Shown: piece by piece, positions 27,385-40,200 of the stretch | How positions within the stretch are numbered: position 1 is the first letter of the stretch | How the letters are laid out: the number at the start of each line of letters is the position of its first letter | NCBI RefSeq assembly: GCF_963853765.1 | Contig: NC_088856.1 | Coordinates: 23,188,001-23,252,000 of the forward strand | Direction of reading: 5' to 3' | DNA length: 64,000 bases | Source of the DNA: Magallana gigas | Taxonomy: Eukaryota | Translations under genes and position numbers: made by a program | Notes under the pieces: generated by a model | The model's input: the letters and a program-made list of their open reading frames with translations, nothing else | What the model was told of the DNA's origin: nothing | Databases searched by the model: none

Positions 27385-30300
27385 TGTCGTCGTCGTTGTT
27401 GTTGTAAATTTTTCACATTTTCATCTTCTTCTCCACTGGACCAAATACAACCAAACTTGGTACAAACTTTTACTGTGCAAAGATAATTCAAGTTTGTTCA
27501 AATGAAGGGCTACTGTATCAAAATATTAAAAATTTGTTGGTATTTTTCAAAAATTGTCTCAAAAAACCTGATTGGTCTGAAAAGCTGAAACTTGTGTGAA
27601 AACACCCTCAAGTAAGTAAAATTTAAGTTTGTTGAAACCAATTGCATTATCATCTGGGATAGGGTTTGGCCACAATGCGGGGTTGAATTCTTACAGAAGA
27701 ATATATATTATTAAACTTTAAAACATCTTTTTTTGGACCACAATGCGGGGTTGAATTCTTCCAGAGGAATATATATTGTAAATCTTTAAAAATCTTTTTT
27801 TCTCTGAAACTAGTCAGCCAGGAAATCTGAAACTTGTGTGGAAGCATCATCAGGAAAGGTAAAAGCAAGTTTGTTGAACCATGATCCCCTGGGGTAGGGA
27901 GGGACACAATAGGGGTGTGTGAATGTTTACGTAGAAATATATAGAAAAAATTATCTGAAAATCTTCCTCTCTAAAACCGATTGGCCAGAAAAGCTGAAAC
28001 TTCTGTGGAAGCATCTTTAGTAAGGTACATTTAATTTTTTTTTTAAACTATGATCCTTAAGAGTAGGGTGGGGCCACAAGGGAAGGGGTAAATTTTTACA
28101 TTGGAATATATAGATGAAAATCTTCTCAGAAACTTATTTGGCCAGAAAAGCTGAAACTTGTGTGGAGACTTTCTCATGTAGGGTAGATTCTAGTTTGTTC
28201 AAATTATGTTCCCCGGGGGTAAGGGTAGGTTCACAACGGGGAGGACTAATTTTTAAAAAGAAATTTAACGAAAACATTTTTAAAAATGTTTCTCTAAAAC
28301 ACCGTTTGCCTAGACAAACAGTAAAAGCAACTTAAGATAGTGTAGATTTAAATTTTTTAAAATCAAAATCTTAAGGATGAAGATGGACCCACATTTGAAA
28401 TCCAGTTTTACAAAGGAAAACATATTAACTGTTCCCAAAAACTGAAATGTTATGACACATGGTTTATTTTATATGCAAACATTTGATATACTGCTGATTT
28501 AATAAAATTAGACGTTGGCCATCGGGCAATTTATCGACCTCATAAAGAGTTCAGGGTTTGATGTAGGTTTATTTATATCCCATAAACAATTGTTTAGAAT
28601 CTTTTCGAGAACTGCAATGCTCAACATGTGATATGACTTTAAACAATCCTTTAGAAAAGGGACTTTATTATAAACATAATACTATTCAGGGGTAAATAGT
28701 TTTTCATTTAATATACAGGATCTACATGCATTATACTACATATAAATTGTCCAGATATTTTGTATAATGAATCCATTAAACTGATTTTATCGTGTCTATT
28801 GTTGCTCAGGTGAGCAACGTGGCCCATGAGCCTCTTGTTTTTTGAATTGTTGTCATTTTTTTGTTAATCAGTTTCTTATTGGTTATTGGGTACAATGATA
28901 ATTCTTTGTGCAATTAATTACGTTTTGGAGGAGATCAAAGGAATAGATGAAAATTGATCCAACATGAATTCTAATGATTTCGCGGTATCTGTTATTTTAG
29001 ATTGCTGACGAGTTAGTAACGTCCTCGCCCGCGAAGACAACTCGTCAACAAAATTGTCTACGTCAATATTTTCCCCCATTCATGTCTGACTTGAAATTCA
29101 ATCTCAAGTTATTATCTAAACTCTATATTTTAATACTATTTTTTATAGCATTGAACACTTACTTTTGGGATATCGCGCTCCTATAACACACCAGTATAGA
29201 AGTTTGTCTGCACAGTCTGGTGTTATTGAACCGACGATATCCAAAAATAAGATCTTAATTCTTATAATTAGTTTTTGAATTTACCAAGCTGACCCAGGAC
29301 CATACATAATATTTGCTTGAAAGACATAGAGCCTGAAAACATACGGGACTTATAAAATAGAACTTGACAATAAATAGCATAGGATATATTTATTACTCCA
29401 GTATTACAAGCCTGTTGTAAGGGCTGGCGTCCCTGCAGGTGCTTTACGTTTAGCAGGGATTGCTTTCCGTTTTGGGGGCACAGACAGATAAGAAAAGCTA
29501 TCCAGCACTTCCTTAGAATTCAAATAAAATATTTAAAAATAAAATAGAAGCCAATGGTTAATTCGTAGAGACTTTATTTCGTATATACAGGGTGCCTCAA
29601 ATTAATATAGACTATTTGATATATAAACAAATAATTCTGATTATTTTAATTCATTTGGAAGTTTATTGGTATGAAACATTTTTGCAACGTCACTTTTTTG
29701 TAAGGGATATGAATAAAAGATGGAACAGCCTTAAACATGTTATTCAGTGCCATTCCGCGGCTATAAATATAGTACCAGAAACTTTGCAAGAAACACTTTT
29801 TTAAAATAAATATGATTCAAGAATTACTTTTCAAAAGTACATATCAAAATGGTTATGTAGTTTTTATCGTTTCATCAAACCTAAAAATAAAAAAAAATAT
29901 ATTTAAGACGCGTGATGACGTTTACTTGTGCTCATATGCATTGTTTTGGCGTGTGTTATTGAAAATTGAACCTCACATATTTCAATTTCAAACATAAGAG
30001 GGAATATGGACTAAATGTAAATATAACGCGATATAACGCCTTTAAGAAAGGCTTTACAACGCAAATAAATGCGTTACAATGCAAAAAATTTAACATTATG
30101 ACAGCTTTTCAAAAAGTCATAATAATGCCTTTTCAAAAGGCATTTCTACTTTTTTTTTAAAGACGTAATAAGGCCTTTTTCAGACGGTGCGAAATGGACC
30201 TACACTGCAAATGTTACATGTATTATAACTTATGCATATATTTTGTAATGTATTGAAGTGAATTTAAAATGCCTTTTTGGCGTTTTTACGCCTTATTTTG

Positions 30301-31213
30301 CATTGTAACTTCTTTTGAGCCGGGGTATTACGCTTTTTTGCGGTATTACACCATTTTTGTGTTTGTTTTAATCATACTCATAGGCTTTCGTATCAAATAG
30401 TGTATATATATATTCTGGTCAGGCAATAGTTCGTCCCCCGGGGGCTAATATCATCGANNNNNNNNNNNNNNNNNNNNNNNNNNNNNNNNNNNNNNNNNNN
30501 NNNNNNNNNNNNNNNNNNNNNNNNNNNNNNNNNNNNNNNNNNNNNNNNNNNNNNNNNNNNNNNNNNNNNNNNNNNNNNNNNNNNNNNNNNNNNNNAGCAA
30601 TTGTCACATTTTGACGTCTAGCTTAAACTTATATCGACACATTTGAATTAACACAAATACGCTTCCAAACGTTCAATGTGTTAGAAATTCGATTTCAACA
30701 AGTAATAAACACGCATATTTAAAGTGTGTTTGTTTGATTTGTCGCATGCTGAATACAGTCGTACATGGTATGCATGCATACAAATAGATTGGAACTTTGG
30801 TCACCATATACATGTTTGTAGCATATACATATTGTCAGCATAACGGTAAATAGATATGTAAATAATGCATATTACACGTAATATATTTAATGAGAGAGTG
30901 TCCAAATGACTTTTTTTTCATAAATAACAACATAAATTGGATAAGTATAATTCATCACAACATCCCATTTGTACTGATCCCATTTCCTGATCATTTCCTC
31001 CCACTATTAAAATATATGTTGCCTGTTGAGTTGTTTTCCCCAAGATATTCTTTTTTTCGTTATTCATAAAAACTGGAGTCTGTATTTGAAAATAAAGGTT
31101 TAAAACGGAAGATGCCTGCTCTTTTGTTGATCAATCTTAAATAAAATTCAATTCAACCAAAGAAAAATGATGCAAATTTGTAACATCATAATTCAATGAA
31201 AAGCACGTTTTTC

Positions 31214-31251
<38 letters not shown>

Positions 31252-34200
31252 ATGGAATTACAATTAACAAGGTTTGACCAAATATAATTTTTATATGAAT
31301 GTCAAATGAAACATGTATCATGTATTCTGGGATACCCTGTATGTCAAATTTTGCTATGGAAGATAATTCAGAAAACCTTAAATTTGTAAACTATACCAAC
31401 AGCTAGTATTTAATTTGACTAACTGCAAGTCATTTCAATGATTGTATTTGGAAGAGATGATATCTCCCCTCCATAAAACAAATAAAGTATCATGCTATTT
31501 CATTACAATTAGAATGAATTTATAAAAGTTCCAGGAAATAAAACTGTAAGAAATACTAAATGAAAGACTCTTATGGTACAATGGTTTCAAATTATTTGTT
31601 AAGACATTTTTCCATGTAAAATTCCAAATTTTTATACATTTCACAACTTATCGTACATATCTAAAAATGTAGTGATTGCCTATAATTTGGCATCAGATTA
31701 GCTTGAAAGTCCTTTCTAAGCCAGGTACCTAGATATGCTTCTTGAGGTGATTTTTTATACGTTTATGTGATTCCATATCATAAATTAATAGATAAAAATT
31801 AGGAAATTGATAAAAAAATTAAAGAATATAGACACAATAAGAAAAGTAAGCAGTGACTGTTTAGACTTTAACAAGTCTACCGGTTATCATTGTACACAGC
31901 CATCTTAGTCTTTTTATTTGAATTTTTAAACTAATGTCTTTTTAATCCTTTTTAGCAATGCCAAAATATACGTATGTTTTATAACTTAAGGGTAAGATTA
32001 CAATAATTTGTATGATTTTGTTCGTTAAAATCCGACATCAGAATGTCCTTCAGCGTGCTTTTCATAGATTGCACATACTAGTTATAATTTAAAATGATCG
32101 ACATGGATGCGTTTCTCGTACATGCAAATTAATAAGACGAAGATAGGTTTTGTCTGTTAGGCATAACTGTGCAGAAATATTTAATTCTTTCTAAAAACAA
32201 AAAGGTTCAATTCGATTAAAATGCTTTCATAAGAGTTGTATACACAAGGTATGATTATTTTTTGTACGTCAGTTTAAGTTTGTCTAAATTGTTCCAATGT
32301 GGCAGGACATAGGCATCATTTAATTCAAATCTTTGAAAAGCATAAGTTTTTTTTATGGCTAACTTTGTCTTTTTCTATCTAAAATATTACAGACCCAAAA
32401 TGTTTAGGTGTCCAAGGCGAATGTTTTACAGAAGATCGCTATTGTATCTGCTTAAATGAAAATACAACTGCTACATCACATAATAATAGATGGGGACCGA
32501 ATGTTACAACGACAAAACCAAATTGTACCTTTCCCTGTGGGTAAGTTGTTTACAATTTTTATGAGTGCAGTAGCAACCATCATTCTTCACAGACAAAATG
32601 AAAAAAAAACCACACAAACTGATCGTTTGTAGTTTTGGTTCGGGTTTATTTGCTTTTTTTTACAGAGTTTAATAAATCAAAGACATTATCAAAACCTGTT
32701 TTTCGGAATACAAAAAATGGATAAATATTAGGCTGTGTTAGAAATGAAATGATTTAATGACTTATATCATAGAAATCAATGTATTTATAAGACATTTTAA
32801 ATTGCTCATGACCAAACAAGATAAGAGAAGTATACCTTTATTTAATATGACCTCATCTAGTATTGAACATCTATGTATTTCTTTTTAAAGCCTTACTAAA
32901 AAAAACCGGTTTCGAAGAACATGACACAAACACGTATTGTTGAAATTTGAATGAAAACCTAATATTTCCGGACAAACAACTCATTATTACACCAAGCAAA
33001 AATTGGTTTCTGTCTAATTTGTATCTTAAACGATATAAATCATATTAACAAAAATGTAATTATTTAATCAATTATCCATAAAAAAGAGAGTAAAAAAATG
33101 TTAATAATTATTTTTGTCAATTAGAATGTTTAAAACAAGAACAGAAGATTTTTCATATGTGTGAATGTATTGATGGTAACTACAGCTAACTGGAAGTCAG
33201 TCTGTGCACGTTAAGTTCAGTCGATCTGAAAATTCCACGAAAAATCAACAACAAAAGTACAAAGAAGACATCAATGAATGATTTGAAACTTATTAAATGA
33301 AGCTACTAGAAAAAGCCTACCAATGCATCTAAAAGTAGTTTACAGTGCCTATACTCTTACGCCGATACCTTAACTATTTCAATGGATCGCGGAAATTCAT
33401 ACATACATGCATGTATTACAATAGATAATCATAAAGAAGACGAGAAATAAACGAGTGATTGTAATTGACATACAGCACCGATTTGACCCAATCTAACAGA
33501 AAGTAGCCCCCACCCCTCCCCCGCAAACAAAAAATGAAATAAAAATAATGATAAACCATGTGTTTAATTTTGAGGTCTGCTCTGGCTTAACTCCGGGTTT
33601 ATTAGGGCAGACCCAATGTAAATTTTAAGTAATTCCAGAGTAGAAACGGAGAGTAAACCCCGATCAGAAGTAGATTCCTGAAAGTAGACGCTACATAATT
33701 TCATTATAACACATTATATGAATGAATAATTGAAATAAATTCATTTCTATTCAAAATACTTATTTATATTCGCATCAATTTTCCCATACGTCTGGCTTAA
33801 AAAATCATTTTCTAAAATGTACTTAAACCACTGGGAAAAAATAAAATAAAGAGTAAAAAGATAATTTGAAAATGAGAAATAGGACATACCCGTTCTCTAC
33901 TTTACACATCATTTTTGAGACTTAAATATGGGAAGGCTGCTCGATATTTAACGAATAAAAATCAATAAGAATAAATATAAATGTAATTAAGCTCTAAGGA
34001 AAACTGTTAACAATACAATACAGGTAAAATGCACTGCCAGGTAAAAGAGATACACTAGTTATAACAGTTATTCGATATTAAGAAGTATATCGTAAGTTAG
34101 TTATACGCTCGAATTTGAAGTTTACTATATCGTAAACCTATAAATGTATTGTCATAATAATAATGTAAGAACTTTTAAAAAAGCACATCTCTACATGTAC

Positions 34201-37200
34201 TTTTCATATGGTAAATGTTTTACATTTCTTTAAAAACTAAATTAAGGCACAAATATCTACTCAATCTTGATTTTATAACAAATGGTAATGGTAAACAATA
34301 AAATAATTTCCATTTCTCTTTTCCTTTTTTGTCTGTAAAATCTATGAGCATGCTAAAAGCAACACTTTTGGTTGTCTGTTTAGAATTAGTTTGGATATCC
34401 GATAGTATACCTTTTACTTGCAAGCTATGATATTTAATTTTAGATACAGTTTTAAAATAACAAATTTATAGTTGAAATAGCTGTGTAATATCAGTGTATA
34501 TTTTTTGAATACATGACAAACATTGATTTGTCATAGAATATACATGTATTTAAAGAGAGGAATTCATTGAAAAAAATATATTTTAAATCTTTAATTAAAA
34601 AACGAGTTAAAAACAAAATCATTCCAAAACATTTTTAAAATGAATAAGTTAATGAATTGACACAGGGCGAAAAACAATCTTTAAGCAAGTCCTTAAAGGT
34701 GGCTTAAAGGTGGCGTAAAGGTGGCTTAAAGGATATACAATCTTTAAGCCACCTTTAAGTCACCTATAAGCTGAGCTTATAGGTCCTTAATGTCCAAACT
34801 TCTTTAGGTCACCTTTAAGCCATCTTTAAGCCACCTTTAAGCATCTTTAAGTGGCATTTACGCTCCCTTTAAGTTGTCTTTAAACCATCTTTAAGTTACC
34901 TTTAAGTCAAGTTTGATCAAGCTGAACAATAAAAACATATATTAAATGCAAAAGCTCTTTTGTAGGGATGGGAGGGGGTCATCCGAGTAATAATATAATT
35001 TCCAAGGAAGGATGGGGGTGTTCCAGGCGGTTTTAATTGTCGCTCCATTAAACACAGATCGCTATCATCAACACCACTCCGATGGACACAGATTGCTGTT
35101 ATAAAATGCTTAATAATTTTTGGGGGGTTTCAAAATTATGTATGGGTGAGTGTAGTCTTTGTATCTTAACCTGTGCATAAAACTAATTAAAGTATGTTTG
35201 ATTCCTATTATNNNNNNNNNNNNNNNNNNNNNNNNNNNNNNNNNNNNNNNNNNNNNNNNNNNNNNNNNNNNNNNNNNNNNNNNNNNNNNNNNNNNNNNNN
35301 NNNNNNNNNNNNNNNNNNNNNNNNNNNNNNNNNNNNNNNNNNNNNACAAAATAAAGATAATGAACCAAAAATGCATGATTTAATTTGATAATCGGTTTAA
35401 GGTTTGTATTTTTTTTTAATTTTCATTATTTCTAGGTCTAACCCTAGATCTGCTAGATACATGTTAAAGATGAAAAGACTCTTAACTGCCTTTGTAATAT
35501 CGGGCAGGATATTACTGCTTTGTTGTCTAGACATAGTTTTGTTCGTTTGTGTATATCTAATTAGATTCTAATGTTTGTCCAACTTAAGAAAACCCCTGGA
35601 ACTAACACAGAATATACAAGATATACACAACAGGTGTGCCGTGTGCCCAGGTGCACGTTTGTGTATATCTAATTAAAGTATATTGTTTGTCCAACTTAAG
35701 AAAACCCCTAGAACTAACACAAAATATACAAGATATACACAACAGGTGTGTCGTGTGCCCAGGTGCACGTCAGGGTTTCTAAAGGCGTTGAATCTTAGTA
35801 TGTACTAGTATACGATAAGTCTAGTGAATAAAAGTTAATTTACATTTGTAATTCATTTTCAAAGTATTATTTACTAGCTCTGGGTTTCAAAAATGTTACG
35901 TCTACAAATTAACGATACATGTATGTAAGAGTAAAATCTTGAGGCTAATTAATTAATGTACCGGTGATCATAAATAGGGGTCAATTATTTAAATATATGT
36001 ATAAGGGTAAATATGTCACATACCCGGCCTGGTACATCATACAATTGTATGTACAAGTATATGTATACATCATTTGCAATTGCCACATGCAGTAAATACG
36101 TCACCAGTAATTGGTAATATTGTTTGGTATAGAATTGATAGTTTAAAATTATGTATACAATTAAATATTTAAACATACTGGAAAGGCGCCGCGATCATGA
36201 AAACCGGGAAATTGCGGGAAATTGAACAAATACCCTAATAGTTTCAATGAATTTAATAAAGAAATGATTTCATTTTCTTTTTTACATTTTTATAGCTATA
36301 AATTAGATGAACGTATATCAGTTCTACTCGGTTTAAATTTATCAACTAAGAAAGCCTACTAGTGAGCCTAACGGTTTCCATTTAGGTATAATATATTTTT
36401 GTTCACTGAAGACCAAGTTCCGTATTTCATTCTAAATACATGCGTGCATGTAATTTATAAATTAGATGTAATTGATTGTTACAAACTGAATGGTTTGTCA
36501 ATGGTTTGTCAAAATCTTTTCAAGTAAACACATTCAATACATTGATTCAATATCTACTGATATATAGAATATAATAACACTCATAAATATGTAAGTTGCC
36601 GTAGCGCAGAGGAAGTGCGGTGATGCTAGTAAACAAAGGGTCCCGGGTTCAATTCTTTAAAGGTGGCTTAAAGAGCTTTGGACATTAAGGACCTATAAGT
36701 TGTTCTTAAAGGTGGCTTAAAGATAGTCTTTAGGCTGCCTTTAAGCCATCTTTACGCTTTCTTTAAGCCACCTTTAAGCAACACATAAAGCTTAAAGGTG
36801 GCTTAAAGATCGTCTTTAAGCTACCTTTAAACACCTTTAAGCTATCTTTAAGGAGGACTTAAAGATGGTCATTCATCCTGTGTGATAAATGAAATAAACA
36901 ATATACTTAACAGATGATTTCAAAATGATTTTGTATTAAATCAATTAAGATATTTAAATAAATAAATTGAATGCATTTGAATAAACAAATCCCTCATTGG
37001 AGCATCATTTTTCTATTATAACACTTGTGGACAGACTTTAGATCACCTATAACTAAATTCTCTTGTTCTCTCCCTCCCCTTACCTGTACACCATTTCCAT
37101 CAAGCCAAAACCGGTCACGTGTAAATTTCAGAATGTTGACTAATTGGGAAAAACACCAGATAAAAGACGGGTCTGTTTTAGAATTCAGTGCGTAAAGTGA

Positions 37201-40200
37201 ACTCCAAAGGCAAACCCCGAGTAAATCAGAGTAAACACTGAATGGTCCCAAAGACAACACAAAGTGTTACCATTATTTATTTCAACGATGTCAGTGTATC
37301 TGGGTACCATTCATCCAAAATTATTGTGTTCGAAAATAAGTAAAATGCCATTCAAAATAAGAAAGGTAAAGTTAGCAACTACTTACTGGCTAGCAGTAAC
37401 TCGCTACAAGAAGAAAAAAAGGCTATCTACTAGTAACAAGCTACGAGATGAAAGAAATCTTGGCTACTAGATATTTACTAGTTTCTGTACAATTGTCAAT
37501 ACATACCTGCAATATCTACCGGTGTTGTTAATATGTACATTAATCTATATCATCTACCTAATTTATCATTTTTTGTGATATTTTCAGCTACCAAATACCG
37601 TACAGGTTTCTCATTTTTAACATTTTTGTCAAAACATTTCAAATAGTACATCATAGATAAATGATATCTTAAAGTGTTGTTAATATCAGCATTTGACTTG
37701 TTATATACATGATTATACCCTAATAGTACTCATATTCCTCTCAAAATATCATCAATAATTGGGGCACTTCGTTTGAAAATATCTCTATTTAAGACTATAT
37801 TGAGCATTGACTCAAGTAGCTGTACATATAAATTGCAAATATCAACATGTGTTATTATTGTTAACAATTTACCATGTCTTCCGCATGATGTAACAACAAA
37901 ATTACTCAGATGTCTCTCTAAATCTCGTCAGCTACATGTACCAAAGCATTTCCTTTCAATTATCTCTAATTTAAAGACAATGTTATTTTGACCATGTTTA
38001 TGTAACTCAAGTTCACATGTAGCTGTCAATATTGATTGAAGACATCTACAAGTGTTATTAATATCAACATTTTATTAGATCATCTACATATATTACGATA
38101 CAATTACACAGACATCTCTCTTTATTTCGTCAGCTAGTAGTGCATCCCTTTACAAAGATCTCTATTTTTAGTCTTCCGCATGATTTTACATCACAATTTC
38201 TCTGATACCTTACTTAATCTCACCAACTACTGGCGCATTTCGTTTCGAATATATCAGTTTTTAAACACTGTTGTCCATATACCTCAGGCAACTTTATATA
38301 AAGATTGAAGATATGTACAAGTGTTGTTAATTTTAAGATTCTGTTAGGTCATCCACATGATCTTACAATATAATAACTCAGATATCTCTTTTAATGTCGT
38401 CAATCATTTGACAATCTGCATTTCGTTTAAATATCTCCATTTATAGACATTTCTGTCCATTTAACTCAAGTAGCTTTATACTAAACTAGAGATATCGCTA
38501 GTGCTGTAAATTGCAGCATTCTATTTGGTCATCTTAAAGATATTATGACAGAATTATTCAAATATCTCTTTAAATATCGTCAGCTACTAGTGCATTTTGT
38601 TACAAATATCTTTATCTTTGAAGATATGTACAAGTGTTGTTAATTTCAACACAAAATATTATCATACAATCACTCAGAAATTTCTTTTAATTTCGTCAGC
38701 TACCAGTGTATTTCTTTTGAAATAATCTCGTCAGCTGTACTAGTGCATTTTATTACAAATATCTTTATTTTTGCGGTTTTTTTTAAATATATCTCAAATA
38801 TCTGTTTATACAGATTGAAGATAAGTACCAGTGTTGCTAATTGCAACATTCTAATAGGTCATGTACATGATATTACAGTACAATAACAAAGATATCTCTC
38901 TTTATCTCGCCAGCTACATGTATACCAGTGTATTTCTTTTCATACATTTCCATTTCTAGACAGTTGTGTCAATAAATCATACGTATCTGTCTAGAAATAT
39001 ATATGAAACGAAATGCACTAGAATCTTACGAGATTAAAAGAGATATCTCAGTGATTGTGTCGGGATATATCATGTGGATGACCTGATAGAATGTTGCAAT
39101 TAAAAACACTTGTAGATATATTCAATCTATATAAATCAACTTGAGTTAAATGGACATAACTGACTAGAAATGAAGATTTTTGTAAAGAGATCCACTAGTA
39201 GCTGACGAGATAAAGAAAAAAAAATCTTTGAAATTGTGTCGTAACATAATGTGGATAATCTAATAGAATGTTCAAATTATTTACACTTGTAGATATCATT
39301 CAGTCTATGTATACAGCTACTTTAGGTTTATGGACAGAACTGTCTGAAAATGGAGATATTTGAACAAACAAAATGCACTGGTAGCTGGTGGGATTAGAAA
39401 ATATATCCGAGTAGTTGTGTCTTAATATCAAGTGGATAACCTGGTAGAATGTTGCAATTAACAACACTTGTATATATTTTAGATTTATATGCACAGCTAC
39501 CTAAGGTACATGTATATGAACAAAACTGTCAAAAAGGAGATATTCGAAACAAAATGCACTCGTAGCTGATGAGATTAAGTAAGATATCTGAAAAATTGTG
39601 CTGAAAAATCACATGGATGAACTAATAAAATGTTGGAATTAGCAAACCTTGTTGATGTCTTCAATTTATATATACAGCTACATGAGTTACATGTACATAG
39701 AACGTCTAGAATTGTAGATATTTGAAAAAGAAATGCACTAGTAGCTGCAACAAGATTAAGATATATATCTGAATGTACAGTTAGTTGAGTTATACGGTCA
39801 GAAATGTATTAAATTGATATATATTTGTAATGAAATGCACTAGTACCAGAAGAGATAAAGGGATATTTAAGTGTAAAGGTATCTTTATATCATGTAGATG
39901 ACGTGAAAGAATGTAAATATTAACAACTTTTAGACGTACTTTATCAGATTTGAAACGAAATGCATTTGTAACTGTCAAATCAGGAAATATGTTAGAGTAA
40001 TTTTGTTGTAATATCATAAGAAAAACATAATAGATTGTTAAAATCAATAACACTTTTGGATTTTTTCAATCTTTGTGTACAGCTACTTGAGTCAAACGGA
40101 CAATAATGTTAAATTAGAGGTATTTTAAACAAATTGCACAAATTACTGATCATATTAGGGGAGCTATTATACAGCTATTTGAAATGTTTTGACAAAGATG

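Larger units (their letters stand above)
34661..36882. mobile_element. CACTA/EnSpm-like non-autonomous element with 11-bp subterminal repeat arrays
   Basis: Termini CACAGG...CCTGTG with TGA on both sides (34658-34660, 36883-36885; candidate 3-bp TSD). Arrays of TTAAAGGTGGC and its complement at 34695-34910 and 36655-36865. A perfect 23-bp inverted pair at 34776-34798 / 36677-36699. Contains an N gap. Confidence 0.72.

Noticed and set aside
27580-28330. Regularly spaced repeats superficially like a CRISPR array
   Set aside because: Eukaryotic context; whole 160-170-bp units are similar with no unique spacers; they are the internal satellite of a Helitron-like element.
29588-31339. Possible Tc1-like element bounded by TA|CAGGGT...ACCCTG|TA
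   Set aside because: Only about 8 bp of inverted match and the interval includes an N gap; insufficient support.
36598-36655. Functional tRNA gene
   Set aside because: A and B boxes are present but there is no acceptor-stem closure or credible anticodon arm; treated as a SINE head or relic.
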